Shown here piece after piece: positions 23,170 to 35,691 of a stretch of 45,274 nt of DNA. Both the position numbers and the translations under genes were made by a program. Source of the DNA: Mitosporidium daphniae (Eukaryota); contig NW_013546523.1 of the NCBI RefSeq assembly GCF_000760515.2, positions 1 through 45,274 on the forward strand, given 5' to 3'. Positions within the stretch are counted from its first letter, which is position 1. Every line of letters starts with the position of its first letter. The notes under the pieces were generated by a model that did no database searches, was not told the origin of the DNA, and saw only the letters and a program-made list of their open reading frames with translations.

Positions 23170-23199
23170 GATTCAAAATTAAATTTTACTTAAATAAAA

Positions 23200-25710
23200 T
23201 TAAACTTTATTTTTTCTTGATGTTTTTGCCGCTATAAAATCGAAAGCATTATCCATGGCCATGGCCATGGATATGGGAATTGCATACGTGGGAATGGAGC
23301 GCACATCAATCATGTCTGAAATTCCGTTTGAAAAACATGTGCCATAAACCCTGGAAAATGGAATTTCTGTCCCAAAAGGCTCGGATGAAGACACATAAAC
23401 CATGCTATTCTCGGCAAACCAATTGGCCCGGTGTCCAGTGACGGGCGATCCTGGGCCCTCCGGGGCCGGGAATAGAACAACACCCCTCAAAATAGATTCC
23501 ACAGATCTTTCTATGATGAGCTGGGAGATTGATGCCGAGGCAGCGATGGATGATCCCACGATAACAATCTGCTTTGATATTCCCAAACTATAATAAAACT
23601 TATTGCCCTTCATACCCAACCTACCTTAAAAAAGTATCCCATAGATAGAAAAGCGCAGAATGTTTCGGATCGACCTTGTTGATGGATGGGATTGACATCC
23701 TTCCCATCTCATCTACCAACGAGTCGCCAGATGCATGTGGAGGAAGAACAGGATGCCCCGATTCGCAATTCAATATGACATCTATGACGGAATAAGAATC
23801 GCTGAATGCTCGCTCAAAATATGCCAGTTCACTAAGAGACTACACAGGTTACGGGAAATTAGAAAATACGTAGACATCGTCATTGGATGTTATGTGCGAG
23901 TAGTAGTAGGACCCGATTGGGGGAAGTCCTTCTAGATGGAGTCTTGGTATGGAATGTACAAAGAGAACGATCGGCGACTTTGTATTTACTACATTTGAGC
24001 TACCACGAGTGAAAATGACATGTGCAAGTACCTTATGAAAATATCTCCATCCAACAGCAACGAGTCTGGAACCGGCATACGAATCATCCCAAATCGTTCC
24101 TGAAGAAGCGAGGAAAAGTATCTCGAAAAGATATCCTTCAATCCAACTCTACTCATCAGCAGCGAAGCTAACATTAGAAACTGCAAATAGAACCTTGGAT
24201 GGAGTATAAAGATTTTTTTTCCTTTCGCGACATAATATTTGAATCTTTCAGCAACGGCATGTTTGAAGACGAAGCGGAGGATGCAAGCATTTTCCAATAT
24301 CGAGATTGAATATTAATGACACTATTGAGGGTGTGAAGAGCTCCAGAATCTGGACGCCGTAGCTGCATTTGAGGCAATGGATCCATAAGCAGGGCTCGCA
24401 GACAGGCACATGCACAATTGGATAATGCCTCAAGTGAGTACCCCCCTTCAAGCAGAAGCAATATGCGGCCCCCAGCCAAGTTCATCAACATGCGTGTCAT
24501 GTGGGCATAACATGCTGGACTCAAATGGTAATCTCCAATCGGGTCGTTTTCGGCTGCGTCAAAGCCAGCGGAAACGAGTACCATATCAGGATCAAACTCA
24601 TATGCGATCGGGAGGACGATACGAGTGAATGCAGCAATATACTCTGCGTCGCCCATGTCCTCGTCTGAAAAAGGAATATTTACAGTGCGCCCGATACCAG
24701 CTCCAGCTCCAACAACCGTCATGCTAGCATCTTGAGAGCATGGAAAAAACTCTCCATCGTCAAACCGATGAATGCTGATGTAGAGCACATTTGGATCGCT
24801 CAAAAAAGCGTTCTGGGTTCCATTCCCGTGATGAACATCCCAATCTACAATCAAGATACGTTTAAGTGTCGACTGGCGCTGGATTGCTTTTGCCGTGACA
24901 GCAACATTATTAATGAAACAAAATCCAAAAGCCTAGCGGTTAGAAATGGTGCCCCGTTACTCGACCACATTCTGCATGGTGGCCCGGGGGTCTGATCACA
25001 GCAAACCCATTAAGAAGATCTCCAGATGCGATTTTTGATGCCATTTCAATGGCTCCTCCACAGGCTAAACGAGCGCAATCTGACGTGTGTTGATTGTAAT
25101 AAATTGACTCCTTTTCATATTCTGTTGCCTCCTTAACTATTTGGGGTTATCGCTAGCATTATTTACCGGCAGTAGAGCCTAGCCAAGAGACATAATCTGC
25201 TTGATGAACAAGCCGGACCTCCGTATCTGTTGCAGGTCGAGCAGGAACTTGACAAACTCGATCGAGAAGCCCCTGCTTTTCCAAAGCCTCTTTAATGGCT
25301 AGGATTCTAGAAGGACATTCTGGGTGTTCAGAAAAATAATTTTCGTGCGCCAATAGTCTCTCGTCAAATAGAACCCCCGTTTGTAACCCTGAAAAAGCAA
25401 TGCTTGATGTGGAGGAATCTTCGCGCAGCGCTGAATCATAGTAAGCTTCTCCGGAATCAGGGCTTGCGTGTCTGGAATTGGGACTTATATTTTTGGCGTC
25501 AGGAGAAATGAGCTGACTTTCCGTAAATAAAGCAGAAATTACTTGCAATTCGGGAGTGATTGATATTTTGGAGTCGTCTTCCTGTTCTTGATATGTAGAT
25601 CCCCTCTGTGCCGACGAATAGAAACTAATTTCTGAAAACGACTTGCTAGTCAAGGATATGTCTGGTTTGGAGGGAGAGAGGACATTTGGTGGAGAGGATC
25701 CACGGTGCAT
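23200..25710 (-). CDS. HDA1: Class II histone deacetylase Hda1/Clr3 with C-terminal Arb2-like domain, multi-exon
   Basis: HPECPSRI, RPPGHHA, GFCFINNVAV, IVDWDVHHGNGTQ, VSAGFDAA, LEGGY. Downstream exons give LFYLWDTFL...IVIVG...NWFAENSMVYV, typical of Arb2. Confidence 0.9.
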
Positions 25711-25791
25711 CAATTAATTTTGAATTCTTCTGAATGGTCAAAAATTAAATTACTTTCCGGGCTCGCGTATATTTTTATAATTTTCAACTTG

Positions 25792-26478
25792 ATGCCTTGT
25801 AATTGCTCTTCATCCGGGTCCTCCGATTGCTGCATTGAGGAGTCATCAACGGGCGGCGCAAATTGCTCGCCATCTGCCGCCTCGCTTTTCAAATACATAG
25901 ACCATGCGAACATTTACGCCCTTAATGAAAAGACACGAGACTCCGTCAAGGGAATTTTCCGTCCACATCATTTGCGTTTGCAGACGGATATGGTTGTGCA
26001 GAGCGATGACGACGATTCCCAATTAATCATCCGCATCCCTCTTTCACAAAGCATTAAGCTGTCCTTTATTGCAATTGGGATGCTGCAACCTGGCCCCGAA
26101 TATGTATTACGGATATTTGCAAACGGCGGAGCTGGCGCTGGCGCCGATTTTTCAAATATTTGGACAATCCCGGTCACGCAGGAGATTGCGCTCGCCGATA
26201 CACCTTCTATTGTGACGACCTATCCGTTGCAAAGAAACAAGTTTTCAAACGTCGACGACTTGGTTTTGCACATTTGTACCGCGGACCATGGAAAGAACAC
26301 TCCATTTCCTGCTCGACCCTCCTCGTCGCCGCTTTTTATTTTCTATGCGGGGCTTTATGGAGAAACGACATTGCTGCGACGCGATCCCGTAATTGGCGTG
26401 TATGAGGCGCGTCCAATAGCCTCGGACCATCCTTGCGTCAGTGTGAAACATCAACCGGTACCTGATTCCTTTGCCTGA
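25792..26478 (+). CDS. PITH-domain protein (PITHD1-like)
   Basis: SLFKYID...ALNE, SDDDDSQLIIRIP, YPLQRNKFSNV, YEARP. Confidence 0.88.
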   Translation: MPCNCSSSGSSDCCIEESSTGGANCSPSAASLFKYIDHANIYALNEKTRDSVKGIFRPHHLRLQTDMVVQSDDDDSQLIIRIPLSQSIKLSFIAIGMLQPGPEYVLRIFANGGAGAGADFSNIWTIPVTQEIALADTPSIVTTYPLQRNKFSNVDDLVLHICTADHGKNTPFPARPSSSPLFIFYAGLYGETTLLRRDPVIGVYEARPIASDHPCVSVKHQPVPDSFA

Positions 26479-26608
26479 TTTCGTCGCAATAGCGCGATCG
26501 GAATGCTTTTTAGATAGCCCTGTGTTTGGTCAGCGTGGCGATAAACATTAAATTTGGTTGCGAAAGGGTTTATTGCAGCGGTAGCTAAACCAAAATTTTT
26601 TATTATAT

Positions 26609-27604
26609 TCAAATGCTAACTTCTGACTTGCAGGAAGGAAAGGGAAGACCACCCATCTCCTTAAATGGTATGAACATCTTGCTATCGTCAAGGGCTTGAA
26701 CGGTCAAGGAGAATACGTCGTTCTCCGTTCCAGCGCATGGGATCTACGGTTAGAAATAAATACCAACCCGTTTTACTTTGCCCTTTTCCTCGTAATATGA
26801 TATGACTGGGATGGAAGATTGTTGATATGTCCTGAATCTCTTTAAAATCGAGTCGATGTTGTCATCGGTTCGCCCAGACGTTTGTGAGCGGTGCATCAAT
26901 CGGGACAACATGGTTTCCTCTTCACACTCGAAAAAAAGAACCAGATCCATGGGAATCACGGTTCGCTCAAAGGCCTCTGCCTGTCCGACTTCTCTCGGAA
27001 ATCCATCAATCAAAAAAATAGTCCCATGCGGATAGAGCTCCATTTCCGCCTTCAATAGGGCAATGGTGACAAAATGAGGGACAATGTTTCCTTCTCTGAT
27101 GCAGGTTGCTATGAGCTCAACAAATGGGGATTTTTCGCGTGCTTGCTCGCGACGGAGAAGATCGCCCGCAGAAACATGAACCCAGCCAAACTCTTGCGCC
27201 ATTTTTGAGCATTGCGTGCCTTTTCCAACGCCGGGGCCCCCAAGAACGAAGATAACTTTATATTTTCCCTTCTCAATGCAATATCTTTTTCTATCTGGCC
27301 TGTCCACACTTGATGACGAGAAAAGCCTACTTCCATCAATAGAATCAGTAGGTGTTTCTTCCACAAGTGTTGCACCATGTTTCTCTTCTGGCTTCAGAAA
27401 CACCGCTGCAGTGAGGCCAGCAAGCAATGTTTTTGAGGACGAGCGGAATTGCAAATTGCAAGCGTGATGGCTTTGAATTGGCTTTGACTTCAAAAACAGT
27501 CCAAATGGGAGCTTTCCCGAAAATAACTTACTTATGACCCTTTTAAAATGGCTGGAGATAACGGAAAGGTGCAATGATTGGAAAATATGCGACGGAAATA
27601 CCAT
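26609..27604 (-). CDS. URA6: UMP/CMP kinase (adenylate kinase family) with N-terminal extension, 1 intron
   Basis: VIFVLGGPGVGKGTQC, HVSAGDLLR, FLIDGFPR, GRTDDNIDSILKRF. Confidence 0.9.
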
Positions 27605-27667
27605 GGTTTATTTAAAAAAAATACAAATTAAATTTGTGCAAAAATATCAAATTTTAATTGGAATTCT

Positions 27668-28310
27668 TTAATAAACATGGCAATCGAGGGGGACCGGGCA
27701 CACCTTCAAATCGGGACTGAAGCTCTTGTGCACAACCAGGTTTGGAGGCGTATCTCTATTTCCCTCTGTAAAGATAATAAAACAAAGCCATCAATACCGT
27801 AGCGCTTTTGGGGGATGTATCTGGGAACCGGAATTTCAACACCAGAACGAAGGGAAATCCTTGTCGAGCGAGTGATGTTGTTGGCATCTATTACTTCGCA
27901 CCATTTAATTTTCGTGGCCAGTTTTTCTACAGGATCGATCAGGGCCACATTGGAAACCGGAATCAAGGCTTCTTTGTCGATGATGAGGCCTCGGCCGGCA
28001 ATTCCAGACGGCAAATGTACTCGGCTCTATGCGATTAACATATGCTATTGGCGCACCATATTGACACCGCCTACGATGACGCTATTTTCTGATCGAACAA
28101 CTTTAAGAACAGGCCCCTGGGACCCAACGCCCTTGCCCTGGATTACTTGCACCTAGAATGGGGCATGTTTAAGGGTACCTCGTCCCCTTTGAAGATATCC
28201 CAAGACTTCAGCCGATCTCTGGGTTTGACCTTTGGACCTCCCTTTTTATATAAACGCTCTTTTTCGAAAAATCGGTTTGCAGCCGTTTTCAGTCTTGCTG
28301 GAATCCTCAT
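27668..28310 (-). CDS. MRPL24: Mitochondrial ribosomal protein uL24m, 3 introns
   Basis: SWDIFKGDE|VQVIQGKGVGSQGPV...VIVGGVN, EALIPVSNVALIDP, GNRDTP. Confidence 0.85.
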
Positions 28311-28365
28311 GGCGTATTAAAAAATTTCGATTTAATTGCTTAAAATTGGGGGCTAAAATAAATTA

Positions 28366-29860
28366 TCAAAAGTGCAGGCTTCATATAACAGCTGGGGATT
28401 GGCACCGCAAAGCAGGTACTTCCGGTCCACATACGGGCCCTCCAGTTTATCTAGATCATAAACACACAAGATCTCTCACCTGGATAAATAAGGCCGACTT
28501 GCTTGAAAAACTTTAAAATTTCCAGCATTTCCTCTTTGGATAGTGGTGGAACCTTGTAAATGTCGAAATTTTTCTCCTCTTCCAAAACAGGGACTATTTG
28601 CTCCGATCTGTCAATGGAAACATATGCATCTCGCTTAGGCCGTGAAAATTCTTCAAATGCCATGCTCAACTCTGAATTAAAAATTCTGCTGTCTGTAAAA
28701 GAGAGGGCCCCAACGGCAAAAAATCGGTTACATGCCGTTGATTGTTCAAAAAAGTTGCGAATACAAGCAACTACGGGAAGGCTCTTTGCGGTGAGCGGTT
28801 TTTCATTAACACTCATGTATTGGGTTTTGCAAAATAAGGCATTCACTTGATCCACGACAACAACAAAGGGAACCCTACATTGAGATTAAAACGGATACTT
28901 TTGCTGGCTGCAAAGGAAGCTCAATATGGACTGCAAAATGATGGTAGAGTATGTGGCATCTTTTATCCCAGTTTCGAGCAGTTCAAAAAGCGTTAACTGT
29001 TCTAGATCCTCAAGCTTGCAAACAGCTTTCTAAGAGATAAACATGCGGAAACGCGGTTACCATGTTTGCGAATTCAGAGGAGGCGTTTATGTGTTTTCGA
29101 TTTAAAATAAGGATCGATTTTAGAATATGCTGAGATAGTTCAGGTTGATCATATAGGATGGGTGTGTTTTCTGTAAATGGAGGCGAAACAACCTTCAGCA
29201 AATCGATAGATACCGGCCGATACGGATATTTTCCAGTGATGGCATTTATTGCTATGAAAGGGTTAGGCCATAGGTAAACATATACCTTCTGGCATGTATA
29301 GGACTACGGCCTTTTCCTCTTCCACAAGCAGATTGACAATTGATAAAAGAAAAACCGACTTTCCTATCCCAGGTTCTCCAGTGAGAAATAAAATGCGTCG
29401 AGACAAGGTTTCTTTTGATTCGGAGCAAATCTTTTGGCGAATCCTAGAATACAGAGATTGCATTTCCGCTCTATAAAGTACGACATTGTTCTTAAGAAGA
29501 TTGAACTGGAACTCATGATGGCAAATGTACCTTTTTAAAAATTGAGACAGGATATCCGGTTTCCTTAAGCATAGACACAAAATGTGGGCTCAATGCTCCA
29601 AGCACATTGGGGGTCTCCAGGACTGCAGGCAGCATGGGAATGTCAAGCTTTGGAGGCCCTGTTTTTGTAACTACAACGGGGGGTGTTGGCATTTTGTCTT
29701 TATCCTAGTGATAAGAAAAGCAACAAACCGGACTGATAAGCAACGGTGTGCTGGTTGTTGAAAATCTACATAACACCAAAAACCTGCCCAACCAAGGCCT
29801 TGAGGCAAATACGGGCAAACAGCTGGGCATCGGAACCGAGATCGAGATCGGGAATTTCAT
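28366..29860 (-). CDS. RSM23: Mitochondrial ribosomal protein mS29 (DAP3/Rsm23), multi-exon
   Basis: VVLYR...LFLTGEPGIGKS P-loop, VVVDQVNALF..T.Y, C-terminal KYLLCGANP. Confidence 0.8.
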
Positions 29861-29891
29861 TGTCAATCAAAAAATTTACTATAATTTACTA

Positions 29892-30614
29892 TTACAGACC
29901 CTCCATTTTGTCAACTGCAAAAAAGGTGTATGAAAGCGTGATTTCATCCAGGTTTTTCAACGAGTAATGCCCCTCCCTGATATTTGGATCGAGATAAAAA
30001 TAAACGGGCATATCGACGGTCTCTCCGGCGGCCAATCTTTGCTGCTCAAAGCAGAAACATTGTATTTTTGTGAGGAACGATGCGGCTGCATGTGGTGCCA
30101 CGCTATATGTTGATACGCCCGTAATGTCTCTTTCCGGAGAGAGGTTTGATGCGGTGAAAAAGGCTAGCGCTGTTTCTCCCGGCCTCACATATACCGATTT
30201 TTGGGTTGGGACAAATTTCCAAGGTAATAAAGGCCCAGTGGTTGTCATAAATGTTACTTTGATCGGTTGCATGCCAGAGATTTGGGGATCGATTCTCGGA
30301 ATAGAGCTTCCATCCACATGTGCAGATCCCTGTCCCGCAGCGCTTCTGGCGAAGAAAGAGAACAGATTGCCAAAAACGTCAAAGTCTTTGGGTCTTGGAA
30401 CCCCTCCAAGCCCCGTTGCCTGGCATAATAGTTTGTATAATGGAGAGAAGGCGTAAGCAACGCCAAACAGTGCAATTAGCGCCGATATGGAGTAAAGAGC
30501 CGGATTCTGCGTGTTGTGTCTTGAATTGGCATAGTTATGCTTTTGCGAAGAGTAGAAACTCCGCAATCTCGCAATGGAGCTTCTCCAGGCCAAATACTTT
30601 GGTTTTTGAAGCAT
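29892..30614 (-). CDS. COX11: Cytochrome c oxidase copper chaperone Cox11
   Basis: YAFSPLYKLLCQATGLGG, PGETALAFF, KIQCFCFEQQRL, VDMPVYFYLDP. Confidence 0.97.
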   Translation of the reverse strand: MLQKPKYLAWRSSIARLRSFYSSQKHNYANSRHNTQNPALYSISALIALFGVAYAFSPLYKLLCQATGLGGVPRPKDFDVFGNLFSFFARSAAGQGSAHVDGSSIPRIDPQISGMQPIKVTFMTTTGPLLPWKFVPTQKSVYVRPGETALAFFTASNLSPERDITGVSTYSVAPHAAASFLTKIQCFCFEQQRLAAGETVDMPVYFYLDPNIREGHYSLKNLDEITLSYTFFAVDKMEGL

Positions 30615-30634
30615 TAATAAAATTTTAATCTTTC

Positions 30635-32285
30635 ATGACGCTGGGCCTCCTAATTAGGACAAACATACACTTGTGCCTGTTAAGGCCGGTGTATGGCAGC
30701 CGTCTTTTTCCGCTATCTCGTCCCTCGCAACGTAGCGCTTCCATATCAAAGACATCATTTATCGAGAATTACTTGCAACAGGATCTTGATGATTTTAGGG
30801 CAAAGTTTGCATCTCTTTTAGGCTCTTCTTCTCATTCCAAGGACTATCCCTTTTCTATTCAATCAGAGGTTGAGGTTGATATTCTTGACGTGATAAATTC
30901 AGGTACCCCATCCCACGATGTCTCACCGCTTCAGGAAGCGTTGGAATTGGAATCCTTGATGAAAAGCGCTCTTGGCTGATTTTGGTCCCGCTTTCACTTC
31001 CTGGGGAACGGGTTTTGGCAAAAATTACGGCAAATGGGCCGGGCTTATCAACGGCAAGGCTGATGTCCCTAATTTCACGGCCATCTCCGAAAAGAAACAA
31101 GCCAAAATGCCTTCATTTTGGGGAATGCAATGGCTGTAATCTGCAGCATCTCCATTACGAGGAGCAGCTTCGTTTGAAGGAGGCATCTGTGAAGGCAATC
31201 TTTTCTAAAAGTAAGCTCTTTTGCTAATTCAAAGTTTGCTGCGGAGATAAACCGGTATTTCGGCCCATTCTTCCGTCTCCTCTGCAATATGGATTCCGAA
31301 ACAAACTAACGCCTCATTATACCAGATCTAACCGTACCCCACCGGGCTTCATATGTAATTTTGCTTTATTTTATGATTGATAGCAAATATTGGGTTCAAT
31401 GGCGTAGATGGCAAGGTGGTCGATATTAAGTCATGCTCGGTTATCGATCCTTCGATCAACGAAGCTTATCAAAATGTTAGAAAAGCTCTTCATGAGAGAT
31501 GGCAAAATGTTAACAACCCACCCCAAAATAGCGGGGCCACCTTATTGCTTAGGAGAAAAGTGTCCATTGATTGCAAGCCGGTTCCTATGATTCTGTCCGC
31601 AGATGATGTTAGTGAGAAGGCGCAACATGAAAAGGTGTCCATTGTTTTGGGAAACGGTCCAGACATTATTTGTAGCGAAGTCATTGACGGGGTAAAGTTT
31701 TCCTACGCTGCCTGCAACTTTTTTCAGACAAATCCAAAGGCCGTCACTGAATGTATCCGCATCTTGAAAAAGGAATTAAGAGAAAATTACTCACATTTGA
31801 CCCACCTTCTTGACATTTATTGCGGCGTTGGCCTCTTTGCTATACTGCTTCAATCGATTTTTACAAAGATCATTGGAATCGAGTCGGATCAAAGATCTGT
31901 TCAATTTGCGCGGCTGAATGCCAAAAATATTCCTGGCGAGGATAGGACCATCTCAAAAACGCTACCGTTGAGGTTTCTTGCCGGAGATGCTGCCTCCTGG
32001 CTTTCGAATCCAAAGCTTTTTTCTTTCCTGCCGGCAGACAAAACGGTAGTCATTTTAGACCCACCAAGGGTGGGGTGCACGGACTCCTTGATTAATTGTC
32101 TGCTTGAATATCAACCTCAGCTAATTATTTATGTTTCCTGTTACCCTTTGACACAGGCAGCAGACATTTCAAAGCTCCTTTCCTTATATCAGGTTAAATA
32201 TGTCCAGCCAATGGACTTTTTCCCCCAATCCCACCATGTGGAGAATATGGCCTTTTTAGAAAAAAGGCCATCGGCTCAGTTCTGA
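30635..32285 (+). CDS. TRM2: tRNA m5U54 methyltransferase (Trm2/TrmA-RlmD family), multi-exon
   Basis: VPLSLPGERV, PKCLHFGECNGCNLQH, FFQTN, LDIYCGVGLF, VILDPPRVG, IIYVSC, DFFPQSHHVE. Confidence 0.92.
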
Positions 32286-32383
32286 GGGCCATCGGCCATT
32301 TTGAGGGCCATTTTAATTTATAAATGCAGTGTTTATTTAATCCTCGCCTAAATTGGAAATATTTGGGGTTTACATTTATTCTG

Positions 32384-33634
32384 ATGTGTTCTAATGGACA
32401 GCCAATTGTCATCGATAATGGGACCTCTGTAAGTTTCAATATTAATGGATGCATCATGTTTGTAGTGCATAAAAATCGGATATGCTGGGGATAATGTTCC
32501 GGCCCACATTATTCCGACCATTGTGGAGACTTTGTCGCCATCGTCGCCGTCTTCAAGGCTACTGGGAGCAGAGGCTTTGAAAAATCAAGACTCAATTTCT
32601 CTTTCACATCCAATGGAAGGTGGTGTCGTCAGATCTTGGGATGACATGATTTTATTGTGGGAACACTCTTTAGGTTTGCTTGGCCTCTCTGGCGATAACG
32701 ATGGGATGAAAATCTTGCATACAGAGTCAACCCTTACCTCCAGCAGGGCCAGGGAAAAAATCCTTGAAGTCAGTCTTGAAACTTTTGCTTTTGGCCATGC
32801 CTACATCTCTCTTCAAGGAGTCCTAGCCTTATATTCACAGGGTGCAAACTTAATATTTAACTTTTCTTAGGGAAAAGCACTGGGCTTGTTGTGGACATCG
32901 GGGAAGGTGTTACGGACATTTTCCCAGTTGTCGACGGCTATGCCATTCCGCATGCCGCAAGAAGAGTTGATGTCAGTGGCAGAGATATTTCTCGCTACCT
33001 AATGAAGCTGCTTTCAACGAGAGGATATTCCTTCAACAAGCCTTCGGATTTGGAATTGGTTCGCATGGCAAAAGAAAAGCTTTGTTATGTGGGGTAAGTG
33101 CTCTCAATCGATCTCATCATTAGGTATGATATTTCTCAAGAAAAAAAGCTCGCTGCAGAGACTGTAGTGCTTGAGCAGAAATTTGTTCTTCCTGATGGAA
33201 GAAATATTTATCTCGGCCCTGAACGCTTTGAAGCACCTGAGGCCCTTTTTACACCAGATCTTTTGGATGTCGAGACTGGTGGGCTTTCCACTCAAGTATT
33301 TGCCAGCATTGCAGCAACAGACGTTGATATTAGGCAGCAGCTTTACGGAAATATCCTCCTCACTGGTGGGTCTTCTCTATTTCCTGGCCTTGTTACTCGA
33401 CTTGAATCTGAAATTAAGCAGCTATATTTAGAAAAGACTCTGAAGGGCGATGCATCTCGGATGGATCGATTGAAAGCGCTCAAGATTAACGACCCTCCAA
33501 CTAGACTCTATTCTGTATTTCAAGGCGGCGCTCTTCTTGCGTCCATCATGAAGGATAGGGATGAGTTTTGGATTTCTCGCAAAGAGTGGGAGGAATTTGG
33601 ACCTTCTATCTTGAAAAAACTGGGTCCCAGATAA
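32384..33634 (+). CDS. ARP2: Actin-related protein 2, 3 introns
   Basis: [59 protein letters not shown]. Confidence 0.92.
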
Positions 33635-33830
33635 TAATCCAATAAAAAACAGCACCATCGCCACAAGGATTCGCTTTTTTATTGCAGCGATTAGGCGCGA
33701 GAAATTTGATTTTACGGGCAATTGTAGCAACAGCACAGCAATGTCGCTACATACGTTTGCGCAATTGTTGCTCATTTGTACGCTTTTTGATGCAAACTTT
33801 TGGTGAAGGGTGGTAAATTTTTACTATTTA

Positions 33831-34312
33831 CTAAATTGGCAACCGCGGCCCGCCTCGTAAGCTATCTACAAGAGTCGAAATTGGAGGGATAGACAGTAAT
33901 ATCCCAACAACTGGCAGGGTCTTAGCAAAGTCGATGATAACAGGAAGAGTATCACTGAGAAGATAAAATGCTCCGACAACTTCAACAATTAGCCCGATGA
34001 AAGGCCTGCGAAGGAAGATTACGATCAACATACCAACAAATAGAAAGAGGGATCCCTTTAATTTTCTCTTTTGCAATATAAACATAAGGGTCTTTTGAAC
34101 CCCAAATAGAACAGTTATTCCTGAAGCATAAACAATCTAAAAGGGTTGAAAAACAAAAAAATACATTCCCAAGCGCTATGAGACCCCTATCAAAAAATAG
34201 CAGGACTCCGATGAATATCAGTAGAAACCCAAAAAGAGATAGAAATCCTCCAATCTCTAGATACATAAGAACGAGATTGATTACTTTGTGCTTCTGTCAG
34301 TTTAGGGAACAT
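33831..34312 (-). CDS. GOT1: Golgi transport protein Got1, 2 introns
   Basis: LTEAQ|KIGG...GVLLFFDRGLIALGN..., ending GGPRLPI. Confidence 0.9.
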
Positions 34313-35106
34313 TCCTACCAGATTTTAAATTTAAAAAACTTCATTTTAAAACCTCAATGCATAAGGAATAGCCCTACACAATTAATGAGATTAAAGAATA
34401 ATTTATATCGTAGCAACGACAAAAAATCACGAGAACTATAGGAATTTTGGTAAACAGCAATAAATACAACAGGCTCGAAGGCTACTCGACCTTTACTTAT
34501 CGCAGGAATTCGATTACTGCAAAATTAAAAGGATTTTCGTCACCGCTAGCGGTGGCGTGAAGCTAAATACAATAAAAAATGGATCCTCCGTTTCCATCTA
34601 TTTTGGCCGAGATAACTTTATTAAATATCACAAGTTCTCTATTATTGATATTGGAGTTGTAGATATTTAGTTGACATAAAAGGTTCCGAAAGTTCCGGTC
34701 TTTTTGCCTTCTGGCTTAACCTTTGTAATGGGAAGGTCAAATATCCAATTTGGTGCATCTGTATAGGACATATTTTGTTTGCACTGGCAAAATTATTCGT
34801 CGATGCAGATTTCAGCCTTTTCGGTCCTCTGACCAGTACATTGAAGAAATCCCGATTTTTATTTCCAAAATATCAATGTATATTTTGAAAATTTGTCTGT
34901 AAAATATGGAAGCAACAGTGCAAACCCGACTTGCACTATTTATAAATGCTCGTCATCGCGATGCGGGAGCAAGAACGAATTATAAATTATCGGGCCAATA
35001 GGAGCTAATTGATTCTAATGCTCAATAGTGAATAGAAGTGATTTAATTAATTTTGAGTTCTAAATCGGGAATTATCATCTCTGTTGGAGATAAGCATAAC
35101 TAGGGA

Positions 35107-35691
35107 ATGGAGTCAAAATTATCTGCAATGCTTCAAGACCAAGAAGAAACCTCAAGAAACTTGCTAGCTGCTGAATCGGAAGTGAAAAGGCAGAGGGCCT
35201 TGGTGAGTTACGCGGCAGCAGGAAGCGAGGGATTTTTACAAGCCAAAAAACACGAAGCAAAGATTGTCTTGCAATCGTTGTTTGGAGACGCACAACCGGA
35301 TATGCCCGTCTGGGCATTGAGGATGCAGCAGAGTTTAGCAGCTGTACAAGAAACATTAATAGTGATGCAACAAGCGATTCTACAACTAGGTGAGCAAATC
35401 ACTTCTCTCAGTGCTGCAGTCAGAAGAATCGATTCTAGACTGATTAGGATCGAGAATCGCTATTCATTTACAAATACCAACGAGCGCTTTCTGCAGGAAA
35501 TTTGCAATTCTTCAGGAGTATTTCCTTCTTCTGCCGATCTTCCAACGCTTGTTAATGCTGCTGATCTCGAGGCCTTGCCTAGCGACGCGACAAAAGATTA
35601 TTTACGCTTCTATGGTCTCCGGGTTCTCGCTTCTGCTGAAAAGAATAAGTCTACGCTCAAAACGCATCTTGGAGTCCCTCAAGCACCTTAG
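35107..35691 (+). CDS. Coiled-coil protein with Mug135/DUF1773-like C-terminal domain, intronless
   Basis: C-terminal LPTLVNAADLEALPSDATKDYLRFYGL...LKTHLGV matches the recalled Mug135-like pattern; preceded by heptad repeats. Confidence 0.65.
   Translation: MESKLSAMLQDQEETSRNLLAAESEVKRQRALVSYAAAGSEGFLQAKKHEAKIVLQSLFGDAQPDMPVWALRMQQSLAAVQETLIVMQQAILQLGEQITSLSAAVRRIDSRLIRIENRYSFTNTNERFLQEICNSSGVFPSSADLPTLVNAADLEALPSDATKDYLRFYGLRVLASAEKNKSTLKTHLGVPQAP

Noticed and set aside
23675..23716. 42-nt GT...AG hairpin in the HDAC gene resembling a mirtron
   Set aside because: It is in frame and stop-free, so no intron is required, and it is too short for a typical Dicer precursor
1..25710. Dicer plus Clr3-like HDAC as an RNAi/heterochromatin gene cluster
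   Set aside because: They are ~18 kb apart and separated by unrelated housekeeping genes
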